The notes under the pieces are model-generated. The model was not told where the DNA came from and ran no database searches. It saw only the letters and a list, made by a program, of their open reading frames with translations. Below, piece by piece: positions 53,313 to 61,571 of a DNA stretch of 64,000 nucleotides. The stretch is from Candidatus Poribacteria bacterium (GTDB taxonomy: Bacteria > Poribacteria > WGA-4E > WGA-3G). How positions within the stretch are numbered: the first letter of the stretch is position 1; every line of letters starts with the position of its first letter. The translations under genes were made by a program, and so were the position numbers. Location: positions 11,367-75,366 of the forward strand of contig PYJC01000107.1 in the NCBI GenBank assembly GCA_003635255.1, read 5' to 3'.

Positions 53313-53519
53313 TCAGCCCTCTCTCTTCTCATGTACGAGGTCGTAAAGCATTTGGGCACGGACTTTCTCGCGTCCGTTTGTCAGTGTAAATTCAAAGGCG
53401 CGTACAATCGCTTCAAGTTCAGCGGGACCCAAGTCTTTATACTTCTCATCGCGCTGAATAAGCGTTTCAATTTCTTTTCGATAGATATTTAACGTTTCAT
53501 TTTCAAGGGAGATGTCCAT
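53313..53519 (-). CDS. Small hypothetical protein (68 aa, helical)
   Basis: This ORF ends 1 nt before the ATPase ATG. I recognise no family. Confidence 0.4.
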   Translation of the reverse strand: MDISLENETLNIYRKEIETLIQRDEKYKDLGPAELEAIVRAFEFTLTNGREKVRAQMLYDLVHEKREG

Positions 53520-53543
53520 GTCGGTGTCTCTCCAGTAATGATT

Positions 53544-53619
53544 GTGAACGGAGGACCCACGCAGCGTGCCTACTACTGTCGCTAAATCGTGAACGGAGGA
53601 CCCACGCAGCGTGCCTACT
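53544..53619. repeat. Direct repeat: 31-bp unit GTGAACGGAGGACCCACGCAGCGTGCCTACT twice, 45-bp period
   Basis: 53544-53574 equals 53589-53619 exactly, separated by a 14-nt spacer ACTGTCGCTAAATC. Confidence 0.9.
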
Positions 53620-53623
53620 CCTA

Positions 53624-54754
53624 TTAAATCTTGGATTTGATTTGCATTAGCCGTTCACTGGCTTCCTCAAGGATATCATCCGCCATGCTGAACATAAACC
53701 TGAATTTTGTCTTACCGAGATGTGAACGACTGTAGAAACTCGACCCTGGCACACCGCCTACACCAATCTCTTCCACTAACCAATGGGCAAAGGTCGTATC
53801 ATCAGGAAATCCGAAATCGGTGATGTCTGTCATAATGTAATACGCGCCCTCCGGCTCATGGCAATGGAATCCAGCCTTTGTAAGATTATTTACAAGAAAC
53901 TTGCGATTCTTATCATACTGCGCGACCAACGCTTTATGGTAACTCGGTGGCAAATTGAGGGCAACCACGCCAGCACGTTGCAACGGATGCGGTGCGCCGA
54001 CCGTGAGAAAGTCGTGCATTTTACGGATGGCATTGGTTAGCGTCTCCGGTGCGATTACATATCCCAGTCGCCATCCGGTCATAGAATATGCTTTGCTCAA
54101 CCCCGATACCGTAATTGTCCGATCCCGCATCTGTGGCAGAGAACCGATGCTGATATGGGGTTTTTCATCATAGATCATGTGCTCGTAGATTTCATCCGTA
54201 ATCGCGAGGCAGTCGTATTCACAGCATAACCCCGCAATCTGCTGGAGTTCTTCAAGCGTAAAGACCTTACCAAGTGGGTTATTCGGGGTGTTTATGACGA
54301 TTGCCTTTGTGTTGGCAGAAAAAGCATCCCGGAGTTCGTCAGTATCGTAGGTAAAGTGGATAGTGCCGTCAGCGGCGGGTGTCTCTTGGAGTGCCACATA
54401 GACGGGTTTCGCGCCAGAGATGATCGTATCCGGTCCATAGTTTTCATAAAAAGGTTCAAAGATGATAATCTCGTCGCCAGCGTTGATAATTGCGAGGAGT
54501 GCCGAAAGCATGCCTTCGGTTGAGCCACAGGTGACGGTGACATTTCTGTTGGGATCCGTGGGGATACCGTTAAATGCCGTCATTTTCTGCGCGATTGCCT
54601 CTCGAAACGACGGTGCCCCCCATGTGATGCTATATTGATTATATCCCTCTTGGATTGCTGCAATCGCTGCGGCTTTGACTTCGGGAGGCGGTTGGTAGGC
54701 TGGCGTGCCTTGGGAGAGGTTAATCGCATTGTAGCGCAGGCAGAGCTGCGTCAT
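53624..54754 (-). CDS. PLP-dependent aminotransferase, class I/II
   Basis: INLSQGTPAYQPP, SGLSKAYSMTGWRLGY (PLP lysine context), C-terminal FRFMFS. The true start is probably upstream of ATG 54754 (see finding). Confidence 0.85.
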   Translation of the reverse strand: MTQLCLRYNAINLSQGTPAYQPPPEVKAAAIAAIQEGYNQYSITWGAPSFREAIAQKMTAFNGIPTDPNRNVTVTCGSTEGMLSALLAIINAGDEIIIFEPFYENYGPDTIISGAKPVYVALQETPAADGTIHFTYDTDELRDAFSANTKAIVINTPNNPLGKVFTLEELQQIAGLCCEYDCLAITDEIYEHMIYDEKPHISIGSLPQMRDRTITVSGLSKAYSMTGWRLGYVIAPETLTNAIRKMHDFLTVGAPHPLQRAGVVALNLPPSYHKALVAQYDKNRKFLVNNLTKAGFHCHEPEGAYYIMTDITDFGFPDDTTFAHWLVEEIGVGGVPGSSFYSRSHLGKTKFRFMFSMADDILEEASERLMQIKSKI

Positions 54755-54863
54755 GCCACGGATGACGGATTCACTGAAACGGGTGGATTTGTCTGAGAGT
54801 TTGGATTGGAGCGAAATTTTGAATGCCCTCTTTATATTTTTTTATTACTGTCTGAATAATACG

Positions 54864-55472
54864 CTAATCTCCGATTTTATAACTCAAAATGACACCGTCG
54901 TCCAAAGGAATATCAACAGAGTGTAGTGTCGGTGTGTTAAAGACGAATTCGATATAGTCCGGCATTTCGTCACGCATCGTTACAGTATCGTCAGCAACGA
55001 TTAAACCGCCCGGACGGATGTTCGGCAACGCCAATTCCAGATAGCGTCGGTATTCGTGTTTTTCCGCGTCAAGGAACACAAGATCAAATGTCGCGTTGCA
55101 TTTCGGGATTTCGTCGAGTGCGTTTCCGACACGGATTTCAACGATGCTGTCTAATCCGACTTCCTGAAGATGCGCCTTTGCCTCAGCTGCGCGCGCCGGA
55201 TCAAACTCCAGTGTGATGAGTCTACCTCCGGTTTCTTTTAAGGCTGCAGCAAGCCAGATGGCGGAATAACCGTTACTTGTCCCGATTTCGAGGACGTTTT
55301 GTGCCTGAATAGCGCGGATCAGGATAGAGAGAAATTGCCCGTTCTCTGGTGCGATGTTAGTATACTGTTTTGCCGTTTTTTCGAGTCGTCGTAAAATGGG
55401 TTGGTACTGTTCCATAAGGTCGGTATTCTGGCAGTCTGCAATAGAGAGAGGCGACAATTTTTGTCGCCTCAT
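54864..55472 (-). CDS. Class I SAM-dependent O-methyltransferase (caffeoyl-CoA OMT-like family 3)
   Basis: VLEIGTSNGYSAIWLA, FDLVFLDAEKHEY, GGLIVADD. Confidence 0.85.
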   Translation of the reverse strand: MRRQKLSPLSIADCQNTDLMEQYQPILRRLEKTAKQYTNIAPENGQFLSILIRAIQAQNVLEIGTSNGYSAIWLAAALKETGGRLITLEFDPARAAEAKAHLQEVGLDSIVEIRVGNALDEIPKCNATFDLVFLDAEKHEYRRYLELALPNIRPGGLIVADDTVTMRDEMPDYIEFVFNTPTLHSVDIPLDDGVILSYKIGD

Positions 55473-55477
55473 TTCTG

Positions 55478-56260
55478 TTAGCGAAGCCGCTTAATTTTGC
55501 CCCAAGAAGTGGCGAGTTTATCCTTCGGACTCACAGCCAAGAATTCATCCGCCCCCATCTCCATGCTCTGTTCCATTTCGTCATCCGAGAGGGCACGATT
55601 CCAGAGGCGAACCTCGTCGACCATACCGGGCCAGGCTTCACCTGCCCAAGTACCGATCTGAATTCGGCTCGTAACGCCTGCGGGTGCTACTGGGTTATTA
55701 GAATCCTGTTCGTGTGTTACTTCGCCGTCTACGTAAATCTTAACTTTACCTTTGTTGCCCGACGTATGCGTATAGGAGAGATAGTACCACTTGCCAGTAT
55801 CCAATTTCGTGGCGTTATCATTTATATCCAAGAACCCACCGCCAGCACCGTTTGTCCAGACCTTGATGCCGTTCCCTGGGTTCATCCCGTAGCCGAATCC
55901 GATGTGCCTTGCGCCGCCACCTGCACGCGTCCCAAAAACAATAGCGTGTGCGCTCGGTAGCCGATTAAGATTAATCCACGCGGCTTGCGTGATTTCATCT
56001 TCAATGTGAAAAGCCTCATCGTCTCCAACTTCGACAAAGTCACTGGATGCGCTAAATTCAAGAGCCTTTCCGAATTTGCCATCGACCCATTTTGCCCCAC
56101 CAGTGAGTGCCCCTTCAAAACCGTTTTCTGAGAAGTCCTCGGTCTCTTTACCGTTGCCTTCATCAAGTGGCATGTATAGAACAAGCCCTTCAAGTAAATC
56201 GGCAGCAACAAAAGTCGTGCATACCGACACAAGGAATAAGATAAGAAACAGTTGTTTCAT
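55478..56260 (-). CDS. Secreted LamG-domain (concanavalin-A-like lectin/glucanase) protein
   Basis: Signal peptide. LVLYMPLDEGNGKETEDFSENGFEGALTGGAKWVDGKFGKALEF...WYYLSYTH...VDEVRLWNRALSDDEM is the Laminin_G_3 pattern. Confidence 0.8.
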   Translation of the reverse strand: MKQLFLILFLVSVCTTFVAADLLEGLVLYMPLDEGNGKETEDFSENGFEGALTGGAKWVDGKFGKALEFSASSDFVEVGDDEAFHIEDEITQAAWINLNRLPSAHAIVFGTRAGGGARHIGFGYGMNPGNGIKVWTNGAGGGFLDINDNATKLDTGKWYYLSYTHTSGNKGKVKIYVDGEVTHEQDSNNPVAPAGVTSRIQIGTWAGEAWPGMVDEVRLWNRALSDDEMEQSMEMGADEFLAVSPKDKLATSWGKIKRLR

Positions 56261-56526
56261 AAGTTACCTCCACAAAGATAGTAATCAATATGTATAATAT
56301 TACCACAAATCGAACGAGTTGTCAAGACACTCGGTATTATACAGCAGGACGATTCAGTTTTCGCTTTTGATTTCGATTTCCGTTTACAGATGTTAACGTT
56401 TTTCCGTAAGATCGCGAGCGACAAGAAATACCGTTTTTGCTTGGGGGTTTCTTGTAAGCAAAAACACTCGCTCCTACAGAGGAAAGTATATCCATACATG
56501 AAGTAATTTTTTAAAACTGAATCGCT

Positions 56527-56967
56527 CTGCATTATACAGCAGGGTGATTTAGTTTTAGATAAATTATCGGATTCTCTAAATGTTTGACTTTTCTTTTTCC
56601 AGTCCCGGTGCGGTTGATGAAGATTAAAAAATTAATTCGGTAATTTTGACCTCTTTTCTGTCAGAATCGCGGATTATCGCGGAGAACGCGGAGAACGCGG
56701 AATTAACAGATGCTTTGTTCCCCAACCGTCTCTTGTGAAAGCAAATGTAGCAGACACAAAAGCATTTTCCGCGTCTTCTGTGTGCTCCGCGCCCTCCGCG
56801 ATTCAGACGATTAGATAATACCGTTCACAGCAGAAAAACATCAAACAAGATGTCTATGGTTAGAAAATTACCGAATTAATAAATTAAACTTCATCAAACC
56901 GCACCTACCGGTCCTGGGGTCCAAAATTGGACGAAAAAACCGAGAACTAAATAACCCTGCATTATAC
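56527..56967. repeat. ~420-bp imperfect palindrome (foldback / MITE-like) bracketed by 11-bp direct repeat CTGCATTATAC
   Basis: The arms share GCAGGGT[G/T]ATTTAGTT, GGTGCGGTT(T)GATGAAG, a perfect 17-mer ATTAATTCGGTAATTTT, GAATCGCGGA, ACGCGGAA and ATGCTTT(T)G in inverted orientation around ~56740. CTGCATTATAC occurs at 56527-56537 and 56957-56967. Confidence 0.6.
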
Positions 56968-57199
56968 TTCAGAGCCGCTCAGTTTTCAGAAGAAATGTGA
57001 GTTTTCAGGACGATACGACCCTGCCTTTTGACGAGGCAGCATAATTTTACAATATTGTCCAACCCTTAGTAAGTACCAATAAAAATATTGTAATCACTTT
57101 GTTTATATCTCCATCTCAAAAAATTTAAATTGAAAAAAGTGCAACTTTTTTGGAACTCGTTTGTAGTAACAGTAACCTCAAAGCGCGCGGAGCAGCAAT

Positions 57200-57745
57200 A
57201 TGACAGAAGATAAATTTCTTAAGCTTGTGCATAAACACAAGGCTCAGATTTATCAGAACACTCTCTATCTCCTCGGAAATCGGGAAGATGCAGAGGATAT
57301 AACACAAGAGACGTTCATCAAGGCGTGGGAATACCGTGCTAAATTACGTCCGAAAACAGTACGTTCATGGCTACTAAAATGTGCCCAGAATCTCTGTTTT
57401 AATCTGCTCAAGCGACATAAATTTCAGGTGCATTTAACGGATAGCGACGATACGGATCCCGAAACAGAACTCGAAACTTTAATGCACACACATTCTGGTC
57501 GATCAAATCCATCGCCGGATGAAATTGTGGTTCAGCAAGAACTCAAGGATTCAGTGCATTGTGCTATCAAGAAATTGCCGCCAGATATGCGTGCGGTGAT
57601 AATTATGCGAGAATTGAACGGTATGAGTTTCAAGGAGATTGCTGAGGTCTTGGAGCAACCTGAAGGTACCGTGAAATCAACAGTATTCCGTGCTCGCAAG
57701 AAATTGCGGGAGCTGCTGCGTCCTTATTGGAGAAATGAAGAATGA
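57200..57745 (+). CDS. ECF-type RNA polymerase sigma factor
   Basis: Region 2 (EDAEDITQETFIKAWEY) and region 4 HTH (MSFKEIAEVLEQPEGTVKSTVFRARKKLRELL); 181 aa. Confidence 0.9.
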   Translation: MTEDKFLKLVHKHKAQIYQNTLYLLGNREDAEDITQETFIKAWEYRAKLRPKTVRSWLLKCAQNLCFNLLKRHKFQVHLTDSDDTDPETELETLMHTHSGRSNPSPDEIVVQQELKDSVHCAIKKLPPDMRAVIIMRELNGMSFKEIAEVLEQPEGTVKSTVFRARKKLRELLRPYWRNEE

Positions 57746-58482
57746 ACCGATTTCCTTCCCATCCAGATTTAACTTGTACGGAAGTACAGGATACCTTAGA
57801 AGCATACCTTGACGGTGAGTTGGATGCGGACACGTCCGCGAGCGTCGCATCACATGTCGAATCCTGTTCAATGTGTCAGGACGAAATTCGCTTCGTACAA
57901 GCCATTAGGGACGCGTTACACGAACTTCCGAGACCGGAGCCGCCCCCGAAAATCCTCGACGCGGTTGAGGCTTATGTGCACGCACACCCGGCCGCGGGTC
58001 AGAGATGGTGGCATCGGATATTTCAATTATCGACACTCTGGGATAATCTAAGTTTTTCGTGGGTTCACGTAGGCGCGTTGGCATGTCCTGTTGGGATTGT
58101 CCTGTTGTTCACATTCTGGGATAATTTAAATTTAGCATTCGTTCGCGCGGGGGTGTTAGTGTGTCTCATGGGCGTTGTTCTGTTCAGCATCTATCAGTAC
58201 CAACGGTATCTGAAAGTGAAGCAAGCCTCCCGTGATCTCTATTACGCCCTCGGTAAGTTGAATTACGCTGTGGCGCGAACAGGCACCGTTGTTAGCGAAA
58301 AACTTCCGAATGTGCAGATTAATGAGGCTTCCGGTCGCGCCTTTGTTCAGATTGAAACAGCCTCCCGCTACGCATCGAAACAGAGAAAAAAGATATCATC
58401 AGCAATTCACCGGAGTTTGGAGAACTTTAACCCGCTCCCTGAAAATGTTCAGGGTCCAGAAGGTCAGCACGGCTCAAACTAA
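57742..58482 (+). CDS. Anti-sigma factor (zf-HC2 type) with duplicated TM segment
   Basis: ATGA overlap with the sigma gene. H-x3-C-x2-C motif (HVESCSMCQ). Two consecutive, related hydrophobic helices. Confidence 0.75.
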   Translation: MNRFPSHPDLTCTEVQDTLEAYLDGELDADTSASVASHVESCSMCQDEIRFVQAIRDALHELPRPEPPPKILDAVEAYVHAHPAAGQRWWHRIFQLSTLWDNLSFSWVHVGALACPVGIVLLFTFWDNLNLAFVRAGVLVCLMGVVLFSIYQYQRYLKVKQASRDLYYALGKLNYAVARTGTVVSEKLPNVQINEASGRAFVQIETASRYASKQRKKISSAIHRSLENFNPLPENVQGPEGQHGSN

Positions 58483-58496
58483 AAAGGAGAAACGCC

Positions 58497-59795
58497 ATGA
58501 AACCGCAAAACCATTTTGAAAAAGGACTGATCCTCTTCGATTTCCCAGAGCCTCTCACGGCAAAGGTCGAAGTTAACTTACCGGCGAAACTCATCAATCT
58601 GGTTACCAAATCGGTGAGCGATCAGCCAGAAGTCGTTGAACTGATTCAGATGTTGGATGGCATCTATGTCCGCACCTATGATCGAGGAACTATTGATGAA
58701 AAGAAATTAGTTACCTATTTTCAGGATAGCGTGAAAAAAGATCAGTGGGAACTCCTTGTCAAAATCCAGGGAAACAATGAAACGGTGGAGATTCATCTGC
58801 TGTTTGACGAAGACAAGGTTTACGGGATTTTCGCTATCGTCATCGCTAAAAGGTCTGGGGAAGTCACCTTCGTCAACATCGTTGGAGAAATCGCGCCAGA
58901 ACGCGTTGAGGAGTTGCTCGGAAATCTGAGTAATTTCGGTGCGGTAGACATCGATTTTGGAGACAAATTGAAGGGGCAATGGAAAAGAGAAGACGCGCGA
59001 GAGAAAGCGACAGTTATGATTCTCGGTAGTGGATTTTTCACAAATCCGGGAATCAATAGATTCAACTATAAAATGGATGATGTGCTCTCGCCAAAACGCC
59101 AAAGTGAAATGGAACAACTGGTGACACAAATTAAAGAATTTCGTCCTACCAAGATAGCCGTTTACGCAGACGAAAGCTATGATGCTGAACTTCACGCGAA
59201 CTATCAAAGCTACTTGGAAGGCACCTACGAATCCACACGGAGGCTGGAGGACCAAATCGGCTTTCCGTTAGCAAAACTGATGGAACACTCGAAACTTTAT
59301 TGTGTTGCTGATTGGCCCGAACACAGACCAATCCTTGATAATATTGATGATGGCTTACTCGACTACGATGCGTTCGCGGAAGAACACAATCAGGAGTACC
59401 TTCTACCGAGCATCTCTTCAAACGATGAAAAAATTCGGCAGAGTGCAGATGGAACACTCTGGGTTGAACGTGTCGGATACGAACCGCTGATTGACATGTA
59501 TATCCGGATTAACGAGCCTGAAAAGCTCCGCGCCGACCATCAAGGCTATCTGCGTACCGCACGCGTTGGACTCAAAGACCAATACCCGGGTGCCAATTGG
59601 GTTGGACATTGGTGGTATGTGCATAATCTCAAGAATTTTGTGAACCTAACGCGTATCACGGAGTCCACTGATGATCGTATTCTGCTGATTATCGGTGCCG
59701 GGCATGTCTACCTGATTCAACAGTTCCTTGAGGATTCGGGGGATTACATCATCGAAAGCCCGCTGCAATACTTAAGCCCAACAGCAACCAATTGA
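58497..59795 (+). CDS. DUF4252-like N-terminal domain fused to a DUF5694-like (TraB/GumN/TIKI superfamily) domain
   Basis: The C-terminal ~255 aa align with the next three genes (KRQSEMEQLVTQIKEFRPTKIAVY...DQIGFPLAKLMEHSKLYCV...YPGANWVGHWWYVHNLKNFVNLTRITES...LLIIGAGHVYLIQQFL). The N-terminal ~175 aa resemble DUF4252. Confidence 0.65.
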   Translation: MKPQNHFEKGLILFDFPEPLTAKVEVNLPAKLINLVTKSVSDQPEVVELIQMLDGIYVRTYDRGTIDEKKLVTYFQDSVKKDQWELLVKIQGNNETVEIHLLFDEDKVYGIFAIVIAKRSGEVTFVNIVGEIAPERVEELLGNLSNFGAVDIDFGDKLKGQWKREDAREKATVMILGSGFFTNPGINRFNYKMDDVLSPKRQSEMEQLVTQIKEFRPTKIAVYADESYDAELHANYQSYLEGTYESTRRLEDQIGFPLAKLMEHSKLYCVADWPEHRPILDNIDDGLLDYDAFAEEHNQEYLLPSISSNDEKIRQSADGTLWVERVGYEPLIDMYIRINEPEKLRADHQGYLRTARVGLKDQYPGANWVGHWWYVHNLKNFVNLTRITESTDDRILLIIGAGHVYLIQQFLEDSGDYIIESPLQYLSPTATN

Positions 59796-59905
59796 TAAAC
59801 CCCAAGTTTGCGACAGCATAAGCGGACGTAAAACAGGAATGCCCTGAGACATCGAGACCTTCAAAACGAAGGCAGTGTTTCAGTGTAGAAGGGAGAAACA
59901 CGCAC

Positions 59906-60688
59906 ATGAAACCGACAGTCATGATTCTCGGCACTTATCACATGGCAAATCCAGGGGCGGACGCTGTTAACTTTGAGGCGGATGAGGTCTTGGCTCCTAA
60001 AAGACAGCGCGAACTACAACAACTCGTTGAACAGCTCGCGCGATTTAATCCGACCAAGATAGCCATTGAGATGGATACCAGCCTCGACGCTAAATTCGAG
60101 GAACAGTACCAAGACTACCTGAACGGACGCTATCAACTTGAACGAGATGAATTCTATCAGGTCAGTTTTCCACTGGCGAAAAAGATGCTACACCCCAAGG
60201 TATACTGTGTCGATTGGTTTGGGAGAGAAAGCGAGGAAAAAACAGTGGATCTTGAAGATTTCGCAAAGGCTCACAATCAAAGCGAATTACTGGAAAAATT
60301 CGACACGATGCTTCAAGACATGGTACAAGAACCCTTCACTACTCTCCGTGAACTTCAAAAAAATGGAAGTGTTATAGAGATATTCCACTATCTTAATCAG
60401 GAAGAAACTGCTCGTACTATGCATGAGATTAACAATATTCCACCACTTATAGCAGCACAAATCGGTGTAGGAGACCAATATGTCGGACTGGATTGGTTGT
60501 TGAGATGGTACGAAAGAAACCTTAAAATCTTTGTCAACTTGACGCGCATCACCGAATCACCAGATGAACGAATTTTGTTGCTTATCGGTGTCGGACATGT
60601 CTGTCTGGTGCAGCAGTTCCTTGAGAATTCAGGAGATTATATTATCGAAAGCCCACTCAAATACCTAAAGACGGAGGATGCTAACTGA
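59906..60688 (+). CDS. DUF5694-like (TraB/GumN/TIKI superfamily) protein, paralog 2
   Basis: MILGTYHMANPG...KRQRELQQLVEQLARFNPTKIAIEMD...LLIGVGHV. No signal peptide. Confidence 0.65.
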   Translation: MKPTVMILGTYHMANPGADAVNFEADEVLAPKRQRELQQLVEQLARFNPTKIAIEMDTSLDAKFEEQYQDYLNGRYQLERDEFYQVSFPLAKKMLHPKVYCVDWFGRESEEKTVDLEDFAKAHNQSELLEKFDTMLQDMVQEPFTTLRELQKNGSVIEIFHYLNQEETARTMHEINNIPPLIAAQIGVGDQYVGLDWLLRWYERNLKIFVNLTRITESPDERILLLIGVGHVCLVQQFLENSGDYIIESPLKYLKTEDAN

Positions 60689-61494
60689 TGAAACACCAAA
60701 CGAAACCGACAATTATGATTCTTGGTAGCGGACATTTGGCAAATTGGGGAGCAGATCGAATCAATTATAGAATGGACGATGTCCTCGCTCCCAAACGCCA
60801 AGCCGAACTTCAGCAGCTCGCTGAACAACTTGCCAGATTCAAGCCGACGAAGATAGCCGTTGAAGTTGATAAACATTGGGAGGCTGAACTTCAAGAGGAA
60901 TACAAAGGTTACCTGCAGGACAACTTCCAACTTAAACCTCATGAAATCCACCAGATTGGGTTCCGATTGGCAAAACAGATGGGGCATCCAAAGGTCCACT
61001 GTGTAGATTATTTGCGCGATGATCCAATGATTCGGGAGGATCGGGAGGATCATTTGACAGATTATGGTGCGTTTGCGGAGACGAACGATCAGGAACATCT
61101 TATGGGGCCGCCACCTACTGGAAAAATGACGCAGGATGAAGATGGCACAATCTGGATTGAGCCTGAGAAATACGAACCCATAGTTGACATGTATATACGG
61201 ATGAACCAAGATGAAAAGATCCGCACAAACCTCCGCGACTACTTACGGATTGCCCGAATTGGTCTTCGAGACGAGTACCCGGGGGCAAATTGGGTCGCAC
61301 ATTTTTGGTATAATCGGAACCTCAAAACTTTCGTCAATCTCTCCCGAATTACGGAATCAGAAGATGAGCGTATTTTGCTAATCATCGGTGCCGGGCACTT
61401 AGGGTTCCTTAAACAAATTGTGGAAGACTCTGAAGTCTATCACATAGAGAGCCCGCTGCAATACTTGAAAGCAGACGAGGTGGAAACCCATTAA
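60688..61494 (+). CDS. DUF5694-like protein, paralog 3
   Basis: The start overlaps the previous stop (TGATG). MILGSGHLANWG...KRQAELQQLAEQLARFKPTKIAVEVD...LIIGAGHL. Confidence 0.65.
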   Translation: MKHQTKPTIMILGSGHLANWGADRINYRMDDVLAPKRQAELQQLAEQLARFKPTKIAVEVDKHWEAELQEEYKGYLQDNFQLKPHEIHQIGFRLAKQMGHPKVHCVDYLRDDPMIREDREDHLTDYGAFAETNDQEHLMGPPPTGKMTQDEDGTIWIEPEKYEPIVDMYIRMNQDEKIRTNLRDYLRIARIGLRDEYPGANWVAHFWYNRNLKTFVNLSRITESEDERILLIIGAGHLGFLKQIVEDSEVYHIESPLQYLKADEVETH

Positions 61495-61571
61495 CCTATT
61501 GTTCAGTTGTTGAAAATTTGATAAGCCGTTTTGAGACGGGATCAACCCTGCTACAGATAGGAGAAAGTTTT

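Noticed and set aside
56257-56532. 91-aa minus-strand ORF in the gene-free region upstream of the LamG gene
   Set aside because: It is composed largely of the repeat units. The predicted protein is Cys/Lys-rich with no motif or RBS. It is more likely non-coding repeat DNA.
57151-57177. GGAAC motif 45 nt upstream of the ECF sigma ATG as an autoregulated ECF promoter
   Set aside because: The expected CGT-containing -10 element at 16-17 nt spacing is absent (TAACCT instead). This cannot be supported without the consensus for this ECF group.
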